This document shows positions 23,940-35,457 of a DNA stretch of 64,000 nt, in pieces (positions within the stretch are counted from its first letter, which is position 1; each line of letters starts with the position of its first letter). The stretch comes from Mytilus edulis (lineage: Eukaryota). A model generated the notes under the pieces. That model ran no database searches, was not told the DNA's origin, and saw only the letters and a list, made by a program, of their open reading frames with translations. A program made the translations under genes and the position numbers. Location of the stretch: the NCBI RefSeq assembly GCF_963676685.1, contig NC_092346.1:55428001-55492000 (forward strand), in the 5' to 3' direction.

Positions 23940-24139
23940 GCAACTATACTAACAAACAATGAAATCAATGAAACAGTATCAATTACACACCACAAGCAGT
24001 GAAATAGTCATATAGGTAGAACTCCAGGGGGTTAATATGATCATATATACAAAATTTAAAACAATAGAATTGTCACTTTGCAGGAGATATTTTATCAAAC
24101 AAAAGAAGAGACGGAGCGATCAACTTAGGTTCTATAAAA
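23940..24139 (+). promoter_or_regulatory. Gene 4 promoter with family-conserved motifs
   Basis: CTCCAGGGGG (~24022), TGCAGGAGAT (~24079), TATAAAA 24133-24139; similar motifs in the same order upstream of genes 2, 3 and 5-9. Confidence 0.55.
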
Positions 24140-24221
24140 GGCAGGCGACTTTAAACTTTCTTCATAACACATTTGTTGATTTAAAAACTCTGACGAAAAC
24201 CAATCTAAGTATAGTTCAAAA

Positions 24222-24770
24222 ATGGTTTGCTACGAGAACACTGTTTCCTGTGCCGTTGTTGGTGATGGAATGGTAGGCAAGACATGCCTTGCTAAAAGAT
24301 TTGCTGGAAACCAGTTATCTGAACAATATGTTGCTACAGTTGCAGAAACAACAACTGGATCTGTGTCTGCTTATGGTGACAAGTACAGCGTCAATATCTA
24401 TGAAGATCAATCAGCAAGATGCAAAACAATAACAGAAGCTGACGTCATTGTGGTATGCTACAGTGCAGTTGACAAAGAATCATTTGAAAACGTCAAATCC
24501 TTTTGGATTCCAATGGTCCGAAAACTAAATAAGAAGAAACCAATTGTTTTAGTCGCTACACATAGTGACATGCGTGATGAGAATAATACTGACCATGTAA
24601 CAGACACTGAAGGACAAAACTTTATGAAATCAATTAACGCTGACTATTACAACAAATGTTCTGCTGCTACAAACGAAGGAGTAAAGAATGTCTTCGAAAG
24701 TGTCGTCTGCGCCGCTATTAGATATAGAAAAAAGAAAACCAATGTGCTTAAACGTGTTTTCGCACGATGA
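24222..24770 (+). CDS. Gene 4: intronless Rho-like pseudo-GTPase lacking G3/switch II DxxGQ (182 aa)
   Basis: Single ORF; GDGMVGKT, YVAT, NIYEDQ where DTAGQ is expected, ATHSD, CSAA; tail KKKTNVLKRVFAR. Confidence 0.92.
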   Translation: MVCYENTVSCAVVGDGMVGKTCLAKRFAGNQLSEQYVATVAETTTGSVSAYGDKYSVNIYEDQSARCKTITEADVIVVCYSAVDKESFENVKSFWIPMVRKLNKKKPIVLVATHSDMRDENNTDHVTDTEGQNFMKSINADYYNKCSAATNEGVKNVFESVVCAAIRYRKKKTNVLKRVFAR

Positions 24771-27216
24771 ACTTGAACTTGTCTCTGCCCGGAGATAAAC
24801 ATTAACTACACAAATCTTGTGTAAAGAATAGCAAAACACTTGCTGTAAACAGACTTTGCGATAGAAGGAGATGGAGGTGGAATGTACCACTGGTGTACAT
24901 TCCGACAATGGATTAAAATATTGCTGTCGAATTACAGTGTTTGAGATGGAGAATAAGTAGTTCCGGTGATGTTCAAGGACATGAACTTAGAAAAACAATA
25001 TGAAATCAGTCATATTTATGAACTTTAAAGAGAAACGAATTGACTTAGTGAAAAGACACAAACAATACTTGTTTATTATTGTAAAGATGATAACAACAAT
25101 TACTTTAATTTATGTTTTAAAAATAAATTTTACGAAAAAAAATATTTGTTCTCTTAATATTTTATTGATTGTATATTGAAGGAATGACCTGTAAAGGTAT
25201 AAATACTACTTAGTTACAAGTTTAGACTTAAGTTCAAATAAGAATGATGTTGTATTGCATGAAGACATTGATAAAATAGAGACATCATGAATACTACTTC
25301 TCAGAGAAAAAAAGACGAAAAACAAACAACGGTCCAGTAAAGAATAAGTTGTACAGCACATTTTTAACACAAGTTTTAAGATCATAAAAAATTTACCCAA
25401 CCTATGACAATGCTTTAGGGTGAAACAGAATGCAAAAGTTACGAAAGGGACATTCAAAACACATAAATCAAAACTGAAAACACAATGGCAAAAACGAAAA
25501 TAAAAAACAAAAACCTAAGAAAGCTACATAACACATAGAAAACTAAAGAATAACATACACGAAACCCGTCGAAAAAAATTTGCTTAGGTTATGTTTATCC
25601 GAAATATATTAATTAGTCCTTTATCTGTATTTAAAAGGATTTTTTTATTGACCATGGTATACCTTCATCTTACATTAGTGTTTTCGAAGTTACAATTTAG
25701 TGATTGTGCTCATTAAAAATCACGAAATCTTTGTTGTAAACGACATGTCCTTTTAATCGACCAAACAATAATATGAAGCAAAAGTACCATTCGAAAATAG
25801 TAAAAAAGGAAGTTGAAATCATCATGATTTGTACTCAAATGTCACACCATATCAACAGAGAGGTATCAGTAAAGGTTTGGTGGTTCGCTCGTATTGTCAA
25901 AATTGTTATCTATCGGTTCAATCTCTATATATATTGAACAGAAAATAGAAAAAAGGAATTTCCTCCAGATTTTTCTTAAAAACCCATGTATAACGTTTTA
26001 CTATTCCTCAGTGTGTATTTGCACTTCTATAACGCACGATAACAATCAACGTCATCTTTGTTAAGTGATATGTATTTTTTTATAGAAAACTGCTGAAGCC
26101 TAAAACTCTATGTTGTTTTAATCAATCTGTTATACAAACCCAATAAGACAACGAAAAATTATAAATTGTACGACAAGTTTTTTATTTTCTTTTTTAGGCC
26201 CGGCGTTGTCAATTTTCTTTTCGAATTTTCTAGTCTGCATGTCCTTTTGGTATTCTTCGCTTTGCGTTGTTGTTATCGCTTAATAATTTTTATTAACGTG
26301 ATACGTGATCTGAAGAAATATTTTTTTTGTATATTGTTGTATTTTGTTAACATTTTGTTTTGAATATTCCCTTCGTATCTTTTGCCTATTTTTATTCCGA
26401 ATACCTGAACATTTTACATAGGTCTTGAGAAATGTTTCTCTATTTTAAACACAATTAAGCTGTCGTATGAACATCATATAATAGTAGATCATGACTTGGA
26501 ATTGATAAACCATTGGGACCATAAAATTTACGAAAAACTTAACAACCTTTATTTGAATTGGTAATCTTTTGTTGAGTTTTGATTTTTCATCTTGTTCATG
26601 AAGTATTCATGATGTTGTCTATAATGATGTGTTTTTATTTGCATTAAAAGCAAAGTGTGTTACCCAGTAACATTGATATTTTGTTTAAATATGAATATTT
26701 TTCATTGATTTTTATCAAAAATTAATTGACTGTAACAACCTTTACATGTCATTCCTTCAATGTATTGCGAGTACATATCAAACAAAATAAACACATTTTT
26801 TTTTATAAGATCATTTATTTTCATTATATAAATCACTGTTATTATTTTACAATAATATACAATAATAATTTGTGTCTTTTCACCATTTAAGTTTTTTTCT
26901 TCAAATTCATTCTCATAACTAATTTATAATGTTTTTCAATGAATTATTACGTTTCCCTTTAAGTTGATACTGATGACTGATTTCATATTGTTTTTGTAAG
27001 TTTGTGTCCTTGAACATCATCGGCACTACTTATTCTCCATCTCAATCACTGTAATTCGACATTAGTATTTCAATCCGTCTTTGGAATGTACACCAGTGGT
27101 ACATTCCATCTCCAACTCCTTTTATCTCAAAGTCTTTTGGTAGCAAAAGGTTTTGCTATTCTTAACACAAGATGTGTTTAGTAAATGTTTATCTCCGGGC
27201 AGAGATAAGTTCAAGT

Positions 27217-27765
27217 TCATCGTGCGAAAACACGTTTAAGCACATTGGTTTTCTTTTTTCTATATCTAATAGCGGCGCAGACGACACTTTCGAAGACATT
27301 CTTCACTCCCTCATTTGTAGCAGCAGAACATTTATTGTAATAGTCAGCATTTATTGATTTCATAAAGTTTTCTCCTTCAGCGTCTGATACATGATCGGTA
27401 TTGTTCTCATCACGCATGTCACTATGTGTAGCGACTAAAACAATTGGTTTCTTCTTATTGAGTTTTCGGACCATTGGAATCCAAAACGATTTGACGTTTT
27501 CAAATGATTCTTTGTCAACTGCACTGTAGCATACAACAATGACGTCAGCTTCTGTTATTGTTTTGCATCTTGCTGATTGATCTTCATAGATATTGACACT
27601 GTATTTGTCACCGTAAGCAGACACGGACCCAGTTGTTGTTTCTGCAACCGTAGCAACATATGTGTCTGAGAATTGGCTTCCAGCAAATCTTTTAGCAAGG
27701 CATGTCTTGCCTACCATTCCATCACCAACAACGGCACAGGAAACAGGGTTCTCTTGGCAAACCAT
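27217..27765 (-). CDS. Gene 5: intronless Rho-like pseudo-GTPase (182 aa)
   Basis: ATG at 27765 (the ORF-track start 27774 is TTG); near-identical to gene 4; TATA 27848-27854. Confidence 0.92.
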   Translation of the reverse strand: MVCQENPVSCAVVGDGMVGKTCLAKRFAGSQFSDTYVATVAETTTGSVSAYGDKYSVNIYEDQSARCKTITEADVIVVCYSAVDKESFENVKSFWIPMVRKLNKKKPIVLVATHSDMRDENNTDHVSDAEGENFMKSINADYYNKCSAATNEGVKNVFESVVCAAIRYRKKKTNVLKRVFAR

Positions 27766-28599
27766 TTTGTACAATTTCTGTTTAAAATCTTTAAACGTGA
27801 AATAAGCAAGTAGAAAAGTGTTATGCCAAATGTAAAATCTTCAGCCCTTTTATAGATCCCGAGTCGTTTGCCTGGATAATTCCATTGTTTATAAAGATCT
27901 CCTACTAAGAGAAGATTGTATTGTTTATAAATGACAACCCTGTGTGATCAAATTTACCCCCAAGTGTTTCAACCTAGATAACTCTCTCACTGCTTGTGGC
28001 TGAAATATGAAACGTTTTATTGTTTTATTTATAGCATTTTTCTCTTGCAGTTTTAGCTTAATGGAAACATTTCTTTGTTAACTTCATGTTATTGAACCTT
28101 AATTATGATGTTGTCTAGTTTTTCTTTGTTTTGATATTTGATAGTTTGTAAACTCGATGCAGTAAAACATAATACATTACCAGTAAGCAATACAGTAATG
28201 GGAAAGGAAAACACAAAACAGGGTGTTCTGTAATCATATAGTTTAAAAATATAGCAGACGTATAATTGATAAGTAAAACATAATCGGTACCAATTTTACT
28301 GTCCTTGGTGCACATTGCGACAATTACTGTTTCTGCAGTGATGCTCAAGACAAAAATATTTGTAAATCAAAAGCTTATACAAAACGGAACAACAGTATAG
28401 CAAAAATTTGTTATTCTAGTTTTTAGGTACATCAAAAGAAGTAATTTTACATACCGCATACTTCGTTTAAAAATTACAATATGTTGTCGAAAGTGAAGTT
28501 CCTTGCAAACCAGTCAAGAAGGAAAATAAATTATAAAGTCGAACTTTATAGACACTTATCGTAAACAATAGATGAAGCATTTTCTTCAAACAATTATTC

Positions 28600-28910
28600 A
28601 AGTCCAGTAGTCAGCACTTTTTGTGCTGACATAAATTATCATTGATATTGTTATATTTATAAATTAACCGTTTACAAAATTTTGAATTTTTTGAAATACT
28701 TCTAAGGCTTTTCTACCTCAGGCATAGATTACCTTAGCTGTATTTGGCAACACTTTTAGGAATTTTGGATCTCAAAGCTCTTCAACTTCATACTTTATTT
28801 GGCTTTTTTTAAAACTTTTTTGGATTCGAGCGTCACTGATGAGTCTTTTGTAGACGAGACGCGTGTCTGGCGTACATATAAAATTTAGTCCTGGTATCTA
28901 TGATGAGTAT
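28600..28910 (+). mobile_element. Hammerhead-bearing repeat (Penelope-like/retrozyme-type); core mutated
   Basis: GCGTCACTGATGAGTCTTTTGTAGACGAGACGCGTGTCTGGCGT at 28830-28873, GAAAC changed to GAGAC. Confidence 0.7.
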
Positions 28911-31361
28911 ATTAATATGAAAATGATGACTCTTTTACTATAGTTAATACACAATTTTGCTTACACTTCAAACTTCGAGTGGGTATCTATTCATTATTTA
29001 CTTGCCTTTGTTTTAAATGATTGTATCAGTCACACAGAAAGCTATTAAATGAATTGTTTTGATTTTGAGCAAAGAAACATATTCCCCACAGAGATATAAC
29101 AATAGGTGTAACATGAGGCGGCCTGGTGGTAATATTGTCAACACAAGGGACATATTGCGATATTTACATGTAATGGAACTTGGTTTCCTCTATATATAAA
29201 GCTTTGATACTTTGCTTTTTATAATACAAATCAAGTTTATCTAACTAGCTTGGATGAAAATTGTATGGAAATATTTGGATTAACAAGTGTATTTCTTGAT
29301 GTCTTGTGTGCGTAATTAAAATGCTGCAATGCATGTGGGGAAGTAAATACGATTTCATCAAAATGATTTCGCGATGATTTGGATATAAAACAACGTAAAA
29401 TGTCTAATATGACTTAACATTAGAATGAGGAAATTCACAGTGCCAAAGTGATACAGTAGATAAATATTTTTCTTTAATTGGATGTTATTTATGGATTTCC
29501 ACATAACGTTATGACTTTATTTGCATATTCTAGACATTTTTTAAAAAGGACCTAGTGCATGAAAAATAAATTTCAATTTCTCATATTTGTTATCTAGATT
29601 GTCAGGTGGTATATTTATTCTTTTTTTTTACTCAATTCACTGTAGCTTTTATTTTCCTTTACATTATGAAGGGTTCACGTAAATGGGATCGCTAATTAGG
29701 TTTAAGTGAACAATGTACCTAAATAGGAAAGGTTGTTGGTAATTTAATGAAAATAGATAATTTATGTAAGCCTAAGCTGCATTTGGTTTGAATTTCGATC
29801 GAAAATGAACTTGGATCATAATGAAAACCTTATACAATGTATTTGAGCAAAACGTTTTCTTCTGGTCATCATTTCAAAATTAATAAACGACTAAATAAAC
29901 CAGGTAAGAGCTCAAAAATATTCTTCCCTTTCGAGAAAATAGTCAGTTATACACATTAGGATTTGGAATATCAATAGTGGAAACGATTCAAAATCAGTAA
30001 AAGGAAGAATTCATTACTAATTATCATTTCATGTATCTGTGATATGTTATTCTGCAAAAAACAATCAATTCAGTCATTAGACAATAGGATCAGTTGTTGA
30101 ATAAAAAGCTGTTGCAAATGAAATCAAATATCAAATATATATTCTCACAGTAAATGCTTAAATAAATAGAATCAAATGGTACTTTTTGTTGTTTTCCTGT
30201 TTTATTTGTTAATATTAGTTGGTCAATGTTAGCCTTGAGAAACGTCTGGTTGCGTACATGGCAAATGTCTATTTAAAGTTTCCTGCTCCTTAATAAGGCA
30301 ATAATAGTATATCGGTGTAAATAACCTGCTTAAGAGGTTTTAGAGTCAAATTGATTGACATTTCTAGATGGCTTTTCAGACTGAATGTGCAGGTTGCTGT
30401 CTAAATGAGTTTGCCATATGCAATCTTTACTTTCTATTTGTAATGAACTTCTTATTTAAGTTAATCTACACATATATACAATCGGGCCCTTTCTATATTC
30501 CTTTGAAATGATTTACATTGTTATATACAGGCTTTATAGATGTCACTAGTATACTTTTTGGTTACATTTAAAGTAACATAGAGATGTAGCAGGAGTAGTT
30601 TACTTATGTTCAGCCCATTTTGAATACACAAACAAAGATACAAAAAATCTTTTAGTGTATCAATTGGATTTCTAAATTGAACGAAACCGGTGCGTTCAGA
30701 TGGTTTGACTCTGTAATGCAGGACTACTCTGCAATGTGAATCAAGACTTATTTAGATAGATCATACAAAATAAACTCATCATAGATATCAGGACTAAATT
30801 TTGTATATACGTCAGACGATCGGTTATTTTATTGATCACATTACAATACTGCTCATGGATTGAATACCGACAAACATGTTTCTAGTTAGTTGCAAAACAT
30901 AGCAAATGATGACAGGGTATATGATTTTTTTAAACGGAATGTAAAATCTAATTAAAGTGATATAGGAATAAGAAGATGTGGTATGATTGCCAATGAGACA
31001 AATTTCCATCCAAGTCACAATTTATAAAATAAAAACAGTATAGGTCTTCAACACGGAGCATATGCACACATATCGTCGACATTTTCCTGAGATTTACTCA
31101 GGGTCCGAAAGCTAAGATAACAGGATATCAGATAACCCAAACCTAATGTTTGAAATTTCTTTATTACTATTAAACTTATTAGTAAGAGTAGAACATATGT
31201 ATCATAGCCAACCCTTCTTCATTGAACAAACTTATCGATAAAAAGGAATATATATATTTTCCTTGGTATCTTTCTATCTTAAGTAACAACACAGTTATTA
31301 GCTACATTGCAAATTTAAGTGTTTCATTTAAAAACAAACTTTAATAGCGTTCGTTTCCGTA

Positions 31362-31530
31362 AATAGTTATCAAAGGTGTTAAAATTAGAATTTGATACGA
31401 TAGACACGCGTTTCGTCTTCATAAGACTCATCAGTGACGATCATATCAAAATAGTTATGAAGTCAAAAACGTACAAAAATGAAGAGCATTGAGGATTCAA
31501 AATTCCAAATCATTTGCCAAATACTGCTTA
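31362..31530 (-). mobile_element. Hammerhead-bearing repeat; core intact, stem I weakened
   Basis: Reverse strand CGTCACTGATGAGTCTTATGAAGACGAAACGCGTGTCTATCG at ~31397-31439. Confidence 0.7.
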
Positions 31531-32128
31531 GTAACGTTTCAAATGTCAATAATAGGGTCACTGCTTCTATAAAAAAAGACTACATTGCTGAAGACAGATG
31601 TGTTTTATTTTTCGAAGATGTGATCCGATATATTTGCTTGCATTTATAACTTATGACCTCTTATCGTGTGCAGTACAACATGTGCCATAAGTGAAGCAGG
31701 AACTGAGTTTATCTTTGGACTTTAAAGTATTTATGCTGATAACTCTTTGATAGTCTGAGTGTTATTTCTGAACTGCCGGATTTTTCTGTCTAAACTCAAG
31801 TTTTTCTTAAAGACATCTGATTTTTTTGCTCACTTGTTTTTTTCTTTTTCTTTAAAGATTACTGTTAAAATTAATATAAAAGGTTGAGATCTTACTATGA
31901 ACATCTTTTACATGATTTTCCCGGTTTCTTTGATCTATCTTTACATTGTGTATTTGATTCTATTAACATACCCGTAACACGTTATGCAACTAATGTGTTA
32001 ACAGGGAAAAAAATAGTATTTGGTAGTTAGTTGAAATACAGAAAATTTGTATGTGTTTGTCAACACTAGAACTAGCACTTACATTGTCTACAGTCTAGGT
32101 ATATGATAATAAAAGTAAACAAAGTTGT

Positions 32129-32311
32129 CAACTATACACAGAAAACAATGGCATAAATCAAACGATATCAATTTACACACAACAAGCAGTGAAATGATCA
32201 TATAGTTAGAACTCCAGGGGGGCTTATATGATTACATACATGCAAATATATAAACAATAGAATTTTCACTTTGCAGGAGATATTTTCAAACAATAGAAGA
32301 AACAGAGCGAT
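32129..32311 (+). promoter_or_regulatory. Orphan copy of the gene 4 upstream region with no downstream gene
   Basis: Colinear with 23941-24120 (ACAAGCAGTGAAAT...AGAACTCCAGGGGG...CACTTTGCAGGAGATATTTT...GAGCGAT); TATA and CDS absent. Confidence 0.7.
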
Positions 32312-33762
32312 AAATCTAAATTTAGATACACAACGTTATGATTTCAGTTTTGCAAAACATAGAATTTTCTTTTTCGTTGTGCCATATACATATCAGTCGA
32401 AAATAAAGTTTTAAGGCTTCTGAAGCGGTTTTGTCCACAACAATTTATCATGATTTTTAATAGACCCATTAACTTATGGTTAACCTGAGAAATGTGAGAT
32501 AAGATCTAAGCATACCAATGTCATTAGAAGTACCATAAGGTGAACACAGACAGACGAAAGACTGAAATCAGTCGGATAAATATAACCTGAGATTATCTCC
32601 ATTATTTGATGGAGTTTGTGTTATTAAGTGTCAAGTTTTCTAGATAGTATTTATTTGAGTTTTTTTAATTGTTGTATTTTTTATATGGTCTTGTCAGCTC
32701 TCATCATTGCATGAGAAAATTTAAAATCACAAATAAACTCCAAGAAAAATTAAACGAAGGTCTTTAATCAAATGGCAAAATCATAAGATAAAACACATTG
32801 AACGAATGGATAACAACTGTCATATTCCTGACTTGGTACACACCATTTTTTTATGTAGAAAATTGTGAATTGAACCTGGTTTTATAGCTTGCTAAACCTC
32901 TCACTTCTATAACAGTCGCATCAAATAATGAGAGTTTAATACACCTTCAGTATCTTCTTCATCTGTATTTTTTCTGATATATGAACATTTGACGTGTGTT
33001 GGATGTGAACTGAGTAATTTATCCACACATTAAAACAACTAGTGGATCTCGTCTATAATAATTGTTTTTGTTTTATTATAATGGGTTTCGAATATTGCAT
33101 GTTTTTCGTGGGTTTTTTTATGCCCTCCGACCGTTTTTAATGCTTCTCCTTCGACATGTAGTTGTATCCCATTTATATGTTTTTAATTGCTTTTAAATAA
33201 AAATCAAAGTTTTTCCCATTAACATTGATGTTTTGTTTCAATATGAAAACATTTCAATGATTTTCGTCAAAAATGTTACTGACTGTAACAACCTTTCATT
33301 CCTTTCACTGTATTATGAGTATATAGCAAACAAAATACATATTTTTCATATAAGATAATTTATTTTCATAATATAAATCACTGTTATCATTTTACAATAA
33401 TTAACAATAATAGTTTGTGTCTTTTCATCACTTCAGTTTTTTCTTCAAATTCATCATCATGACTAATTTGATATTGTTTTTCAATGAATTATTTCGTTTC
33501 TCATTAAGTTCAAACTGATGACTGATTTCACATTGTTTTTGTAAGTTTGTGTCCTTGCCCTTACTGGCACTACTTCTTCTTCATCTCACAATCACTGTAA
33601 TTCGACAGCAGCATTTCAATCCATCGTAGGAATGTACACCAGTGGTACATTCCATCTCCAACTCCTTCTATCTCAAAGTCTTTTGGTAGCAAAAGGTTTT
33701 GCTATTCTTAACACAAGATGTGTTTAGTAAATGTTTATCTCCGGGCAGAGATAAGTTCAAGT

Positions 33763-34311
33763 TCATCGTGCGAAAACACGTTTAAGCACATTGGTTTTCT
33801 TTTTTCTATATCTAATAGCGGCGCAGACGACACTTTCGAAGACATTCTTTACTCCTTCATTTGTAGCAGCAGAACATTTATTGTAATAGTCAGCATTTAT
33901 TGATTTCAAAAAGTTTTGTCCTTCAGCGTCTGATACATGGTCGGTATTATTCTCATCACGTTTGTCACTATGTGTAGCGACTAAAACAATTGGTTTCTTC
34001 TTATTGAGTTTTCGGACCATTGGAATCCAAAATGATTTGACGTTTTCAAATGATTCTTTGTCAACTGCACTGTAGCATACAACAATGACGTCAGCTTCTG
34101 TTATTGTTTTGCATCTTGCTGATTGATCTTCATAGATATTGACACTGTATTTGTCACCGTAAGCAGACACGGACCCAGTTGTTGTTTCTGCAACCGTAGC
34201 AACATATGTGTCTGAGAATTGGCTTCCAGCAAATCTTTTAGCAAGGCATGTCTTGCCTACCATTCCATCACCAACAACGGCACAGGAAACAGTGTTCTCT
34301 TGGCAAACCAT
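33763..34311 (-). CDS. Gene 6: intronless Rho-like pseudo-GTPase (182 aa)
   Basis: ATG at 34311; intact ORF; TATA 34394-34400. Confidence 0.92.
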   Translation of the reverse strand: MVCQENTVSCAVVGDGMVGKTCLAKRFAGSQFSDTYVATVAETTTGSVSAYGDKYSVNIYEDQSARCKTITEADVIVVCYSAVDKESFENVKSFWIPMVRKLNKKKPIVLVATHSDKRDENNTDHVSDAEGQNFLKSINADYYNKCSAATNEGVKNVFESVVCAAIRYRKKKTNVLKRVFAR

Positions 34312-35144
34312 TTTGTACAATTTCTGTTTAAAGTCTTTAAACGTGTAATAAATCAGTAGAAAAGTGTTATGCCAAATGTAAAATCGTCAGCCCTTTTATA
34401 GATCCCGAGTCGTTTGCCTGGATAATTCCATTGTTTATAAAGATCTCCTACTAAGAGAAGATTGTATTGTTTATAAATGACAACCCTGTGTGATCAAATT
34501 TACCCCCAAGTGTTTCAACCTGGATAACTCTCTCACTGCTTGTGGCTGAAATATGAAACGTTTTATTGTTTTTTTTATAGCATTTTTCTCTTGCAGTTTT
34601 AGCTTAATGGAAACATTTCTTTGTTAACTTCATGTTATTGAACCTTAATTATGATGTTGTCTAGTTTTTCTTTGTGTTGATATTTGATAGTTTGTAAACT
34701 CGATGCAGTAAAACATAATACATTACCAGTAAGCAGTACAGTAAGGGGAAAGGAAAACACAAAACAGGGTGTTCTGTAATCATATAGTTTAAAAATATAA
34801 CAGACGTATAATTAATAAGTAAAACATAATCGGTACCAATTTTACTGTCCTTGGTGCACATTGCGACAATTACTGTTTCTGCAGTGATGCTCAAGACAAA
34901 AATATTTGTAAATCAAAAGCTTATACAAAACGGAACAACAGTATAGCAAAAATTTGTTATTCTAGTTTTTAGGTACATCAAAAGAAGTAATTTTACATAC
35001 CGCATACTTCGTTTAAAAATTACAATATGCTGTCGAAAGTGAAGTCCCTTGCAAACCAGTCAAGAAGGAAAATAAATCATCAAGTCGAACTTTGGACACT
35101 CATGCATAAGCAATAGATGAAGCATTTTCTTCAAACAATTATTC

Positions 35145-35457
35145 AAGTCCAGTAGTCAGCACTTTTTGTGCTGACATAAATTATCATTGATATTGTTATA
35201 TTTATAAATTAACCGTTTACAAAATTTTGAATTTTTTAAAATACTACTAAGGCTTTTCTACCTCAGGCATAGATTATCTTAGCTGTATTTGGCAACACTT
35301 TTAGGAATTTTGGATCTCAATGCTCTTCAACTTCGTACTTTATTTGGCTTTTTTTTAAAAACTTTTTTGGATTCGAGCGTCACTGATGAGTCTTTTGTAG
35401 ACGAGACGCGCGTCTGGCGTATATATAAAATTTAGTCCTGGTATCTATGATGAGTAT
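35145..35457 (+). mobile_element. Hammerhead-bearing repeat (duplicate of 28600-28910)
   Basis: Motif at 35377-35420 with the same GAGAC change. Confidence 0.7.

Noticed and set aside
27083-27107. Iron-responsive element (CAGTG in a hairpin)
   Set aside because: CAGTG is on the antisense strand of the mRNA and the 5-bp upper stem with a C bulge is absent
27172-27357. Recurrent antisense ORF MCLVNVYLRAEISSSSS (also 33718, 40306, 24630)
   Set aside because: Shadow of the conserved GTPase 3' end; repeated only because the gene is duplicated
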